A stretch of DNA of 64,000 nt from Longimicrobiales bacterium (GTDB lineage: Bacteria > Gemmatimonadota > Gemmatimonadetes > Longimicrobiales > Gaopeijiaceae). The notes beneath the pieces are model-generated. The model was not told the DNA's origin and did no database searches. It saw only the letters and a list, made by a program, of their open reading frames with translations. Numbering within the stretch: position 1 is the first letter of the stretch; every line of letters begins with the position of its first letter. Position numbers and translations under genes: made by a program. The stretch is taken from NCBI GenBank assembly GCA_965248195.1, contig CBDFIQ010000002.1, positions 1,536,001 to 1,600,000 of the forward strand. Direction: 5' to 3'. This document shows positions 1 to 8,845 of the stretch, piece by piece.

Positions 1-930
1 TCCGGGCGCCTGCGGCTCGGTGCTGATGTTGAAGATGTCGAAGATGCTGCTGTACAGGCCGGTACGGACCACGTCGGTGTAGGAACGTCGCCCGGTGACG
101 AGCAGATTGGCCCTTGAACCGATGGGTGTCTGGAAGACCCCGTTGGCGCTCAGCAGGTTGAGTCCCACGCCGTAGTGCATCTGGTCGGGGTCCCCGGTCT
201 TCCCCGTCATGTCGATTACACTCGACACGCGCCCCCCGTACTGGGCCGGGAATGCTCCCTTGAAGACCTGAATGTCTTTGATGGCCTCGGCATTGAAGGC
301 GCTGAAGAACCCGAAGAAGTGGTCGACGTGGTATACGGTGATGCCGTCGAGCAGGACAAGGTTCTGGTCGGGTGTGCCGCCCCGGACGTAGAGCCCGGAC
401 GATGACTCCCGGGTGCCACTGACCCCGGGCAGGAGCTGGAGCGACCGAAAGACGTCGACCTCCCCGACGGAAGGAAGCACCGCCATCTCCGCAGGCGACG
501 CCGCGACCCGGCTCACGCCGTCCGTGGCCCGCACCAGGCGGTACTCGTCGGCGACGATCTCCACGCCCTCCAACTCTATAGGCAGCGGAGGGATCTCGAT
601 GCTGAGGCGTCCGGTGAACCCTGCGTCCACGATCACTTCGGTGGGGGTATAGCCCATGTGGACGACGCGCAGAGAGAAGGTCTCGCGCGGGGCTCCGATC
701 ACGGTGAAGAAGCCGTCCGGGTTTGTGTTGACCTGGTGTTCGGATCCGACGACCGCGATGGTCGCGTACACAATGGCTTCGCCGCTCAGGGAATCGCGGA
801 CGGTCCCCTGGATGGTCCGGTTGGACTGGGCTTCGAGTCCGGAGGGGGATGAGGTCAGCGAGGCAAGGAGGGGAAGAAGCAGGAGGGGGAGGAACTGCTG
901 GCGGGGGGAGAAGGATCGATTCATCGGCAT
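1..930 (-). CDS. TonB-dependent receptor, N-terminal part (runs off the window start)
   Basis: Manual translation from ATG at 930: signal peptide, carboxypeptidase-regulatory-like domain (IQGTVRDSLSGEAIVYATI), plug motifs LQLLPGVSG / GLYVRGGTPDQNLVLLDGITVY / KGAFPAQYGGRVSSVIDM. Open to position 1; absent from the ORF track because it is truncated. Confidence 0.92.
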   Translation of the reverse strand, partial: MPMNRSFSPRQQFLPLLLLPLLASLTSSPSGLEAQSNRTIQGTVRDSLSGEAIVYATIAVVGSEHQVNTNPDGFFTVIGAPRETFSLRVVHMGYTPTEVIVDAGFTGRLSIEIPPLPIELEGVEIVADEYRLVRATDGVSRVAASPAEMAVLPSVGEVDVFRSLQLLPGVSGTRESSSGLYVRGGTPDQNLVLLDGITVYHVDHFFGFFSAFNAEAIKDIQVFKGAFPAQYGGRVSSVIDMTGKTGDPDQMHYGVGLNLLSANGVFQTPIGSRANLLVTGRRSYTDVVRTGLYSSIFDIFNISTEPQAPG

Positions 931-1047
931 GTCTCAAGGCCTCCGGCCTGTCTGTCGCGGCAACGTGTGTTCGCGAGGCGTGGGGTTCCTCGGGCGTCCC
1001 GGCAGCACGGCTCGGGCGCTCAGGGCGTCAGGGAGTTCAGGAAAGCG

Positions 1048-1557
1048 CTATCTGCGGCCTCTTCGCAGCTCTGCCGGCCGACCCCTGGTCCGGAAGGACC
1101 GGTCGCCTCTAGGTCGCCTCCAATCCGGCCCGGCGCCCCGGAGCAGCGCCCGGCGCCTCTCCGGGCTCAACCTCACGAGCTCCCGCATCTGCTCCACGGT
1201 AAGAATCGAACGCAGCTCGGCCATCGTCGCTCGCACGTCGGACCGGATCGACTCCGAAGCCTCCCTGACCATCGGGAGCTCGGTCCTCCACGCCTCGAGC
1301 TGCTCCCTCGCCGCTCCCGCACGCTCCTCCGAATCTGCCTGGAGTGCCTCGAGACTCTCCACCTGACCGGGGGTCAGACCCATCTCGGCTGCGCGCTCGA
1401 GGACAGACCCTGCAACGTCGGAGCTCCAGATCAACGCCCCGGGTTGCCCGGGGCGCATACCGGCCTGGCCCTCGAGGGCGCCGGGCATGAATTGGGCGCA
1501 GAGTCCGAGAGCGACCACTGCGACGAGACCCGTGTGATTCGATTTCCCATACGACAT
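1048..1557 (-). CDS. Periplasmic Spy/CpxP-like helical protein
   Basis: Signal peptide plus LTxxQ motifs (GLTPGQVESL, ILTVEQMREL); lies upstream of the TonB receptor on the same strand. Confidence 0.6.
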   Translation of the reverse strand: MSYGKSNHTGLVAVVALGLCAQFMPGALEGQAGMRPGQPGALIWSSDVAGSVLERAAEMGLTPGQVESLEALQADSEERAGAAREQLEAWRTELPMVREASESIRSDVRATMAELRSILTVEQMRELVRLSPERRRALLRGAGPDWRRPRGDRSFRTRGRPAELRRGRR

Positions 1558-1948
1558 CGAGACCTCCTGTCAAAGAAGTGCAGACCGGAGAGCGAGAGCT
1601 GGACATGAGCCACTCGCTCCATTGTCTGTTAGAGTTGTGACCGCTCGATTTCGTTAAAAACCGGCCCGGATCGCACGGCCGGGTCGGGTGACGGGATCAC
1701 CGGACACGACTGGCACGCTCTGCGAAGACTGTGAGGGGCGGGGGCAGGCATGACGACAGGCCCGCTCGACGACGGGCCGAGCAGCGGCCCGAGGCGGCGG
1801 TTCCGGGCTCGCCGTGCGCCGCGAAGTCGAGCTGAAGGCGGCCTTGCGGAAACCCGGGGTCAGCGAGTCGGATCAGGGGAGCGACCCGGTCCAACCGCCA
1901 ACCCGGCGGGGCGGGGTAGAGGCGTACCTTCAGGTGGCCGGTCCCGTC

Positions 1949-3326
1949 AGGTCAAGTCCCGATTTGTGTGTAAAAGCGGAGGAAGCTCCTCGCCTTCGGC
2001 TAGGCTGCTTGGGCGACCTCCTGTTTCTGGAGGAGTGAGAGGTCGAGGTAACGCCGGTCGCCCCAGACGTGTGTGGTCCTGAGTGCGACGGCCGTGATGA
2101 GCCTGAGGGCGCTGGCCCGGTCCGGGAAGGCGCCGGCGGCCTTGATCCTGCGTTTGATCTCGCCGTGCAGCCGCTCGAGGCTGTTGGTGGTACGCAGCCG
2201 GGGCCAGTGCGCCTCGGGGAACGCGTAGAACTGCGTCGCTGCCCCGAAGCCCCGCTCCAGGACCTCCACGGCCTCGGGCAGCTCCTTCTTCCAGCGTGCG
2301 CCGAACTCGCCCAGGAGCTTCTTCGCCTCGGCGAGTCCGGATGTCTGGAAGATCACCGAGACCTCACGCGCCACGCGCTTGCGTAGGCGGTGGGGGACCC
2401 TCGCCCCCACATTACGCTGCAGATGGACCGTACACCTCTGACGGCGTGCCTCGGGCAGGAAGCGGCGGACCGCAGCTGCCAGGCCTGCGTGCTCATCGGC
2501 GATCACGAGCTCGACACCGCCGAGGCCGCGGTCCTGGAGTTGCTCGAGGAGCTCCGACCAGCTCTGCTGCGACTCCTCAGCGCCCAGCGTGACGGCCAGG
2601 AGCCGTCGGTGACCCTCAGGGCCCACTGCATACGCCACGAGCGCACTCACGTTCTCGACTTTGCGGGCCCAGCGGGCGTCCAAGAACGTGGCGTCCAGGT
2701 ACAGATAGGGGTGAGGCCCCTCGATCGGCGCACGGCGCAGCCCTTCCACGGCCTCGTCGAGCCGTTTTGCCACACGACTCACCGTCGAGCGCCCAACACG
2801 CTCGCCCATCAGCGCCTCGGTGACGTCGCCCATCTTGCGCTGTGACACGCCGCTCACATACGCCTCGACCATCATCTCGTCGAGCTCGGGGCTCCTGCGC
2901 TGGTAGCGGCCGATCACGTCGGCCGGCGAACCGTTGTCCCGGCTCCGGGGCATGGCGACCTCGATCTGCCCCAGGCTCGTCAGCAGCCGCCTCAGGTATG
3001 TGCCGTTCCTATGGTCCTTCCGGCTTCCCACCCGCTCGAAGCGGCGTGCACCTACCATGGCCTTCAGCTCCTCTTCCAGCACCATCTCGAGCGTCAGCCG
3101 GATCGCGCCTTGAAACAGCTCGCGCAAATCATCGCGTAGCTCGTCTTGCGTGGCCCGACCGATCTCCACAATCTCTTGCATCGGAAGCTCCTCTCCGGTT
3201 CCGAGCCTGCTCTGCAGACCCGGACTCCCGGGTTCATGTGACAGTGAACAACAACAGAGGAGCTTCCGTTTTTCTTTCCCTCCTGTCCAGCTTATCCGCT
3301 TTTACACAAATCTAGGGACACTACCC
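1949..3326 (-). mobile_element. IS256-family insertion sequence
   Basis: Imperfect 32-bp terminal IRs AGGTCAAGTCCCGATTTGTGTGTAAAAGCGGA (1949-1980) and TCCGCTTTTACACAAATCTAGGGACACTACCC (3295-3326) flank a Mutator-type transposase; no target duplication seen. Confidence 0.88.
2000..3181 (-). CDS. IS256-family (Mutator-type) DDE transposase
   Basis: 393 aa with HRNGTYLRRLLT, YLYLDAT, VIADEHAGL, QRCTVHLQRN, TTNSLERLHGEIKRR motifs. Confidence 0.95.
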   Translation of the reverse strand: MQEIVEIGRATQDELRDDLRELFQGAIRLTLEMVLEEELKAMVGARRFERVGSRKDHRNGTYLRRLLTSLGQIEVAMPRSRDNGSPADVIGRYQRRSPELDEMMVEAYVSGVSQRKMGDVTEALMGERVGRSTVSRVAKRLDEAVEGLRRAPIEGPHPYLYLDATFLDARWARKVENVSALVAYAVGPEGHRRLLAVTLGAEESQQSWSELLEQLQDRGLGGVELVIADEHAGLAAAVRRFLPEARRQRCTVHLQRNVGARVPHRLRKRVAREVSVIFQTSGLAEAKKLLGEFGARWKKELPEAVEVLERGFGAATQFYAFPEAHWPRLRTTNSLERLHGEIKRRIKAAGAFPDRASALRLITAVALRTTHVWGDRRYLDLSLLQKQEVAQAA

Positions 3327-3329
3327 GCC

Positions 3330-3449
3330 TCAGTCGCAGTAGGAGCTTGGACTCGGGTTGCCCTCATCGCAAGCGTCCGCGAGATCGACCGGGGTCGAAC
3401 AGGCTCCCGCGAACATGATCACCGCGAATACCACTAACAGCTTCCTCAT
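3330..3449 (-). CDS. Small 39-aa lipoprotein
   Basis: GGGGGAG SD then MRKLLVVFAVIMFAGA-CSTPVDLADACDEGNPSPSSYCD; lipobox and two further Cys. Confidence 0.6.
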   Translation of the reverse strand: MRKLLVVFAVIMFAGACSTPVDLADACDEGNPSPSSYCD

Positions 3450-3564
3450 CTCACTCCCCCTTGGGTAGGGTCCTTGTCGGCCCCGACGCAGAAATACGTC
3501 AGGGCTCACAGCAAGGTTACGAGTCAGACTGGATACTGCCAGTGATCGTACGTGGGATTGGGTG

Positions 3565-4464
3565 TTATTTGTTCGAGTCCGCTGGTTCGTCGAGATCCTT
3601 GAAGAACTTGTCCACGTCGATCCCGACATCCTCGGGGGTGACGCGGCTGGCTGTTTCGGGATCGAAACGGTGGGCGCGCTTGTAGCCGAGCCACATGAAC
3701 TCGTCGTAGATCGTCATTCGATCCCGTTTCCTCGCGGCTTTCGCCAGCTCGTCCGCTAGGTAGATCCACCCGAGCTTGGGGTGCTCCTCGACGAAAGCCG
3801 GCATAAGCTCCCGATCTTCGGCAAACTTGATCAAACCGGCCGCTTCGGGGGGAAGGTTTTCACCAGTGAGGATCGAATCCTCCTTCAGGATCGCCTCGTA
3901 CCGCGTGATCATCGCGAGGATCTTTTTGCTGCTGGTGCGGTTGGGTCCGCGCACAGGCCACTCCCCCCTTCTCCACTGGCGCACCGTTTCGTGGTTCATG
4001 TCGCACATTTCCTCGACTTCCAGGTCACTGAACCCTTTGATCGCAGCTGCGAATCGGCGTTTGAGCCCGCTAGGCCCTGAGAGTTGCGGAACGTTCGTGG
4101 CTTTCGGAAATTTGGCGAACGCATCGCCACCGGAAGACGCCGTAGAACGGTCCCTTAGCTCGTCGGCCATCTTGTCCATCCACCGCGCGGCTGCACGCAT
4201 CTCCTCGCGCTCTAGGTCGACCGCGGTACCGGACTTGAAATGATCGAGTGTGAGCCCCGCAAGCGCTGCGATATCATGGAGTAGGGCGACGTCGGGGGTC
4301 TGGCCCTCCTTCGTCCACATCTCGCCCCGCTCGACGCCACCGATCGTGCTGCCACTCTTCTCGCGACCGATCATCTTGGCCATCGCGGCCTGACTCGGTG
4401 AGCCTGGAAGCTCCCTCCTGATCGCAAGCACCCGATCACCTATCTCCCGCAGGCTCAACCACAT
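3565..4464 (-). CDS. Phage-like repressor with two XRE/Cro-C1-type HTH domains
   Basis: Start placed at ATG 4464 (AGGAG upstream). HTH1 IGDRVLAIRRELPGSPSQAAMAKMIG...STIGGVERG; HTH2 FSDLEVEEMCDMNHETVRQWRRG. Divergent from a Xis/Cro-like gene. Confidence 0.7.
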   Translation of the reverse strand: MWLSLREIGDRVLAIRRELPGSPSQAAMAKMIGREKSGSTIGGVERGEMWTKEGQTPDVALLHDIAALAGLTLDHFKSGTAVDLEREEMRAAARWMDKMADELRDRSTASSGGDAFAKFPKATNVPQLSGPSGLKRRFAAAIKGFSDLEVEEMCDMNHETVRQWRRGEWPVRGPNRTSSKKILAMITRYEAILKEDSILTGENLPPEAAGLIKFAEDRELMPAFVEEHPKLGWIYLADELAKAARKRDRMTIYDEFMWLGYKRAHRFDPETASRVTPEDVGIDVDKFFKDLDEPADSNK

Positions 4465-4486
4465 ATGGTGTGTCGCTCCTGATATC

Positions 4487-4546
4487 GGAATACGAGCAAT
4501 ATTATTCCTTAAGTTCGTTCCAGTCGCTTCCAGTCCCTTCCAGCGG
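4487..4546. promoter_or_regulatory. Candidate operator region of the divergent switch
   Basis: Inverted repeat GGAATA-N10-TATTCC (4487-4508) and TTCCAG three times at 10-bp spacing (4518, 4528, 4538). Confidence 0.5.
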
Positions 4547-4558
4547 ATTGTAGACGCC

Positions 4559-4771
4559 ATGGGCTTGGATGACAACAAGAGCCGCCCCCGGGAGTTGAGC
4601 ACGACGGAGGCCGCTGCCTACTGCGGCTACACCATCCACTCCTTCTACCTCAGGGTGAACGAGATTCGGCACCGCAAGGAGCGAGGCAGGCTCTACTTCT
4701 CCGTCGACGCGCTCGACGAATTCAAGGCCGCCCAATCGACGGAGCGCGTGCCCGCCGAAGCCGCCTCGTAG
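4559..4771 (+). CDS. Excisionase/Cro-like small DNA-binding protein (HTH_17/MerR-like winged helix)
   Basis: 70 aa: LSTTEAAAYCGYTIHSFYLRV...RGRLYFSVDALDEF pattern typical of Xis-like proteins. Confidence 0.8.
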   Translation: MGLDDNKSRPRELSTTEAAAYCGYTIHSFYLRVNEIRHRKERGRLYFSVDALDEFKAAQSTERVPAEAAS

Positions 4772-4907
4772 CGTGACCCCGATTTCCTGGAGTACCCCGG
4801 GCAGGATCTCAGAAATGTGTTCCACGCCCGGAAAGTGCCGGCTGTATCGGAGCCGTCACGCACGAATGAAGCCGATTCGTGCCATCCATCAAGCGAAGGA
4901 GTCCGCC

Positions 4908-5027
4908 ATGAGCGAACTAACGAAGAGCGACCCCAGGCTTTCGGACGTACTAAAGAAAGACGGCCAGCCGTGTGATTGGGCGCACCGGTCCAACGAGCAA
5001 GGTGGCGTACGCTGCCAGTCGCGATGA
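4908..5027 (+). CDS. Small hypothetical protein of the phage-like early region
   Basis: AAGGAG SD before ATG 4908; MSELTKSDPRLSDVLKKDGQPCDWAHRSNEQGGVRCQSR. Confidence 0.35.
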   Translation: MSELTKSDPRLSDVLKKDGQPCDWAHRSNEQGGVRCQSR

Positions 5028-5121
5028 GTCCACGATCCGCCATTCACGGAAAGCGAGGTTCGAGCCGAGGAGCGCAGCAGCTTTCGCTTGGGTTTCGGGG
5101 GCCTCGTGGCTCAACTTACTA

Positions 5122-5935
5122 GGGTCTGTTAACACTAAGGGCAATTTGTAGTATATTGGGGCTATGAAAATCACAGAGTCCCAATATCGTCGGATAGAGG
5201 CTTGCTTTCCGCATCAGCGCGGCAATGTGAGCATCTCCAATCTCGAAGTGCTTAACGCGATCCTGTATGTGGCCGAACACGGCTGCAAATGGCGGGGGTT
5301 GCCTCCGCGTTTCGGTAACTGGCATACGATCTACACCCGAATGAATCGCTGGGCCAGGGCAGGTGTGCTGGATCGTGTCTTTGCGGCCCTGCAAGACGAG
5401 CAAATTATCCGGATCAAGATCCAAGCTCTGTCGATCGACAGTACCATCGTCAAGGTGCACCCTGATGGCACCGGCGCTCTAAAAAAAAACGGCCCGCAGG
5501 CCATCGGCAAGTCGCGTGGAGGCTGGACCACCAAGATTCATATGGTTGCCGCAGATGCTCGAACCGCGATAACCTTCTCGCTATCGCCAGGCCACAAGCA
5601 CGACGCGCCGGAAGGACGGGAACTGCTACGCACGTTGAAGCCGGTACATTCCACAGTGTCCATGATCATGGACCGGGCGTACGAGGGGGGCGAAACACGG
5701 CAATTGGTGTTGGAGCTGGGGTTTACGCCGGTCGTGCCACCCAAGCAGGGCCGTGTTAACCCGTGGCAGTATGACCGAGTCATGTATCGCCGTCGTAACG
5801 AAATAGAGCGGTTATTTCGGCGACTCAAAGGCTTCAGAAGAATCTTCTCCCGCTTTGACAAGCTCGACGTGATGTTTACCGCCTTCATCCACTTCGCGCT
5901 CATCGTCGAAGCCCTCAGATAGTGTTAACAGGCCC
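5122..5935 (+). mobile_element. IS5-family element (IS427-group-like)
   Basis: 16-bp IRs GGGTCTGTTAACACTA / TAGTGTTAACAGGCCC (one mismatch); CTAG at both junctions (5119-5122, 5935-5938), consistent with TA duplication in a CTAG target. Confidence 0.93.
5164..5922 (+). CDS. IS5-family transposase, single fused frame
   Basis: GCKWRGLPPRFGNWHTIYTRMNRW, IDSTIVKVHPDG, GKSRGGWTTKIH, MDRAY, YRRRNEIERLFRRLKGFRRI. Confidence 0.95.
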   Translation: MKITESQYRRIEACFPHQRGNVSISNLEVLNAILYVAEHGCKWRGLPPRFGNWHTIYTRMNRWARAGVLDRVFAALQDEQIIRIKIQALSIDSTIVKVHPDGTGALKKNGPQAIGKSRGGWTTKIHMVAADARTAITFSLSPGHKHDAPEGRELLRTLKPVHSTVSMIMDRAYEGGETRQLVLELGFTPVVPPKQGRVNPWQYDRVMYRRRNEIERLFRRLKGFRRIFSRFDKLDVMFTAFIHFALIVEALR

Positions 5936-5985
5936 TAGCACACCGGGTCGGGCGGCTTCCATATTTATCAGAGACGGAGGGGTCC

Positions 5986-6339
5986 ATGAGCAAGATTGAG
6001 GCAATGTTTCCTGGGGGACCGAGCAGGCAGGAGAACAGATCGGAGCCAAGTGGCCCTTTACGCTCTGGGGAGGATTTCGAAGCCGGGATCAGCGGTCATG
6101 TGCTTGACGCGAAGGCCCGTCGCAAGCGCTGGTCGATGCTCATGGCTATGGGCGCGATTGGGCTGCTGGCCGTAACGGGGGGAATCTACCTTGGAATCCA
6201 GGCCCGGATCACCCCCGAAGAAATCACGGAAGAACAGCGTGTAGAGCGTGAAGTGGGCGAACTCGATGATCTAACCCGCAAGGTATTGGACGAGTTGTGG
6301 AGAATGGAGGAAATCGAGGCAGCCAGGAATCGGCGCTGA
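5986..6339 (+). CDS. Hypothetical single-pass membrane protein
   Basis: GGAGG SD, one TM helix (WSMLMAMGAIGLLAVTGGIYLGI), acidic helical C-terminus. Confidence 0.65.
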   Translation: MSKIEAMFPGGPSRQENRSEPSGPLRSGEDFEAGISGHVLDAKARRKRWSMLMAMGAIGLLAVTGGIYLGIQARITPEEITEEQRVEREVGELDDLTRKVLDELWRMEEIEAARNRR

Positions 6340-6397
6340 CCGCGGGAAAAGCGCCCATCCAGGCATCCCGTCGACTCGTTCGCCTATCGTCACCTCT

Positions 6398-7972
6398 TCA
6401 GCGATCCAACGTTTCACGAACGGCGCCGGCGAGATCGGCCTTGGTCAGGGGCTTCTCCAAGCAGATGTAGTTCTTGGAGAGAAGCTCCTCCGCTCGGACG
6501 CTACCGTAGGAGTAGCCCGACATGAATACCACTCTCAGCTCAGGCTGCATCTCCGTCAGTTTCTTCACGAGATCCGTTCCGGACGTCCCAGGCATGACCA
6601 CGTCCGTCAGGACGAGATCAATCGCGTCGGGTCCCTTGCGGCGCATTGCGTCCTGGAGGGCATGCAACGCTTCCTCGGCGCCGTCGGCCTCCAGGACCGA
6701 GTACCCGAGATTGCGGAGAATGCGGGACATCAGGACCCTGACCATCTCCTCGTCTTCGACGACAAGGATCGTCTCGGTCCCGCGTGCAGGGTCCTCGGAG
6801 TCGCCGGCTTCGACGGGCTCCGTCTCTCCCCGCTTCTCATCGTCCACCGGAAAATATACGCGAAACGCCGATCCCGAGCCTAGCTCGCTGCTCGCCCAGA
6901 TGCTGCCGCCACTCTGCTTCACAATCCCGTAGACAGTCGCGAGACCCAAACCGCTGCCCCCTCCCTGCCTCTTGGTCGTGAAGAAAGGCTCGAAGATATG
7001 CTGAAGGGTATCCTCGCCGATTCCCTGGCCAGTATCCGTGACTTTGAGCATCAGATGGGGCCCAGGCGACAAAGTGACATAGTCGCGAACGAAGTCCTCG
7101 CCGATCTCCACCTTCGTTGTCGAAAGCTCCAGCCTCCCTCCGTCGGGCATCGCGTCCTTGGCGTTCACCACCAGATTCAATACGACTTGCTCGAGTTGAG
7201 TCGGGTCGGCGTTGATCGTGCTCGATCCCGTATCCCACTTCGTGAAGACTTCGATGTCCTCTCCTACGACCCTCCGCACCATCTTCTCGAGATGCATGAG
7301 CGCCGCGTCGAATTTGACGAGCTGGGGCCGGAGTAGCTGTCTGCCGCTGAAGGCCAGGAGTTGTCGGACCAGACCGCCAGCGCGGCGCCCCGTAGTGGTG
7401 AGCTCGGCCAGCTCTTCTTGGTTTTCGTCTCCCAGGTGCAGGCGGTCGCCGATGATCTGAGCGCACAGGAGCATCACCGTCAGATGGTTGTTGAAGTCGT
7501 GAGCGATCCCCGCTGCCAGGCGTCCCACGGCTTCGTGCTTCTGTAAGAAGAACAACTGGCGCCGCAATCTTTGGCTCTCGAGTTCAGCCTCCTTCTCCTC
7601 GGAGATATCGCGGGCGAAGAAGCAAAGGACCTTTCGGTCCCGATAGATCACCAGGTTCGCGCTCACTACGACTGGGACGATGGTGTCATCGCTTCGCTTG
7701 AACGCCCGCTCGCCCAGAATGTCGTGATGCTCCTCCACGACTCGAAGCACGAAGGCGTCCAGCTCGGCTGGTGTCCCGAGATCGACATCGCATAGGTCGA
7801 GGTGCTCCAATTCGTGCGATGTGTATCCCAGCAGAGTCTGCAGCGCGGGGTTGCCCTCCAAGAGCCTCCGTGAAGTGACGTCAATCAGGAAGATGGCATT
7901 CGGGCTGCCACTGACGATCGCTCTGTGAAGCTCCTCCCGCTCCTGCAGCTTCTCTTCGCCGGATCGGTCCAC
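6398..7972 (-). CDS. Cytoplasmic hybrid sensor kinase (PAS-HisKA-HATPase-REC)
   Basis: H-box LAAGIAHDFNNHL, N-box QVVLNLVVNAKDAM, G boxes DTGQG/GSGLGL, receiver ILVVEDE...LTDVVMP. Confidence 0.95.
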   Translation of the reverse strand: MDRSGEEKLQEREELHRAIVSGSPNAIFLIDVTSRRLLEGNPALQTLLGYTSHELEHLDLCDVDLGTPAELDAFVLRVVEEHHDILGERAFKRSDDTIVPVVVSANLVIYRDRKVLCFFARDISEEKEAELESQRLRRQLFFLQKHEAVGRLAAGIAHDFNNHLTVMLLCAQIIGDRLHLGDENQEELAELTTTGRRAGGLVRQLLAFSGRQLLRPQLVKFDAALMHLEKMVRRVVGEDIEVFTKWDTGSSTINADPTQLEQVVLNLVVNAKDAMPDGGRLELSTTKVEIGEDFVRDYVTLSPGPHLMLKVTDTGQGIGEDTLQHIFEPFFTTKRQGGGSGLGLATVYGIVKQSGGSIWASSELGSGSAFRVYFPVDDEKRGETEPVEAGDSEDPARGTETILVVEDEEMVRVLMSRILRNLGYSVLEADGAEEALHALQDAMRRKGPDAIDLVLTDVVMPGTSGTDLVKKLTEMQPELRVVFMSGYSYGSVRAEELLSKNYICLEKPLTKADLAGAVRETLDR

Positions 7973-8200
7973 GCCCGTATCTCCAGTTTTTCAAGAGTGC
8001 AGTTCAGATCCTAAACCCTTGCAAAGCCTAGGCCTCTCTACGCATACTCGATAGTCGTAGTACCGTCGTATCGTGGGGCAGGACGGGCTTCGATGAGGTG
8101 TGACCTGGGCCTAACAAAAACTACCTCATTCTTAGACTTTTTGCCCAAGTTATTGACCCGGAGCCTGAACGGGAGGCGTGTCTGATCTCGAACGGTCGGG

Positions 8201-8674
8201 ATGGGAGTTGAACGGATGAAGAGACCCCTCGGCTGGGCCGACCTGGCCGGTCTCGACGTGAACGGCGCGAGCGTGCTCATCGTCGACGACGAGCCCGCTA
8301 TCTGCCGGACGTTGGAGAAGCTGGTCAGCCGATATGGATTCAGCACGAAAACTGCCGCCTCGGCCGAGGCGGCCGACCAGTGGCTATCCACGATGCGGTT
8401 CGACGTGGTACTTCTCGATATCGAGCTGCCGAGAATGAACGGAGTAGAGTTCCTGACTTGGGCGCTTGCGCGAGACCCCGAGCTAGCGGTGATCATGCTG
8501 ACGGGGTTGGACAACTCCGACCTCGCCCTGGAGTGCCTTTCGAAGGGGGCGAGGACCTATTTTGTGAAGCCGTTCGACCCGGCCTTCATTCGGCATGCCC
8601 TGCGAGACGCCGTCGCCATTCGTCAGCTCCTTCTGGAGCGAAACCAGCGCGCGGGGTCCCCGGAGAGGGCGTAG
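8201..8674 (+). CDS. Single-domain response regulator (receiver)
   Basis: VLIVDDE, VLLDIELPRMNG, VIMLTG, FVKPF; start may be ATG 8216. Confidence 0.9.
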   Translation: MGVERMKRPLGWADLAGLDVNGASVLIVDDEPAICRTLEKLVSRYGFSTKTAASAEAADQWLSTMRFDVVLLDIELPRMNGVEFLTWALARDPELAVIMLTGLDNSDLALECLSKGARTYFVKPFDPAFIRHALRDAVAIRQLLLERNQRAGSPERA

Positions 8675-8845
8675 TGACCTAACCTGACCTTACCGGCTAC
8701 CGCCGCCTCCACCCCGTGCTGACCTTTGCCGCGGGATAGCCGCGAGCCCGGGGGCCGCTTCACTTTCCCAGACTCTGGTGGGAATGGTGGGAGCTGTTCA
8801 TGGGAAAAGCGCTGTTCGAGCGACCACCCCAGCTCGCGAGGCCTG

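Noticed and set aside
5024..5122. 32-codon ORF containing a clamp-binding-like QQLSLGF
   Set aside because: Too short, no SD or homology support; the motif could be chance.
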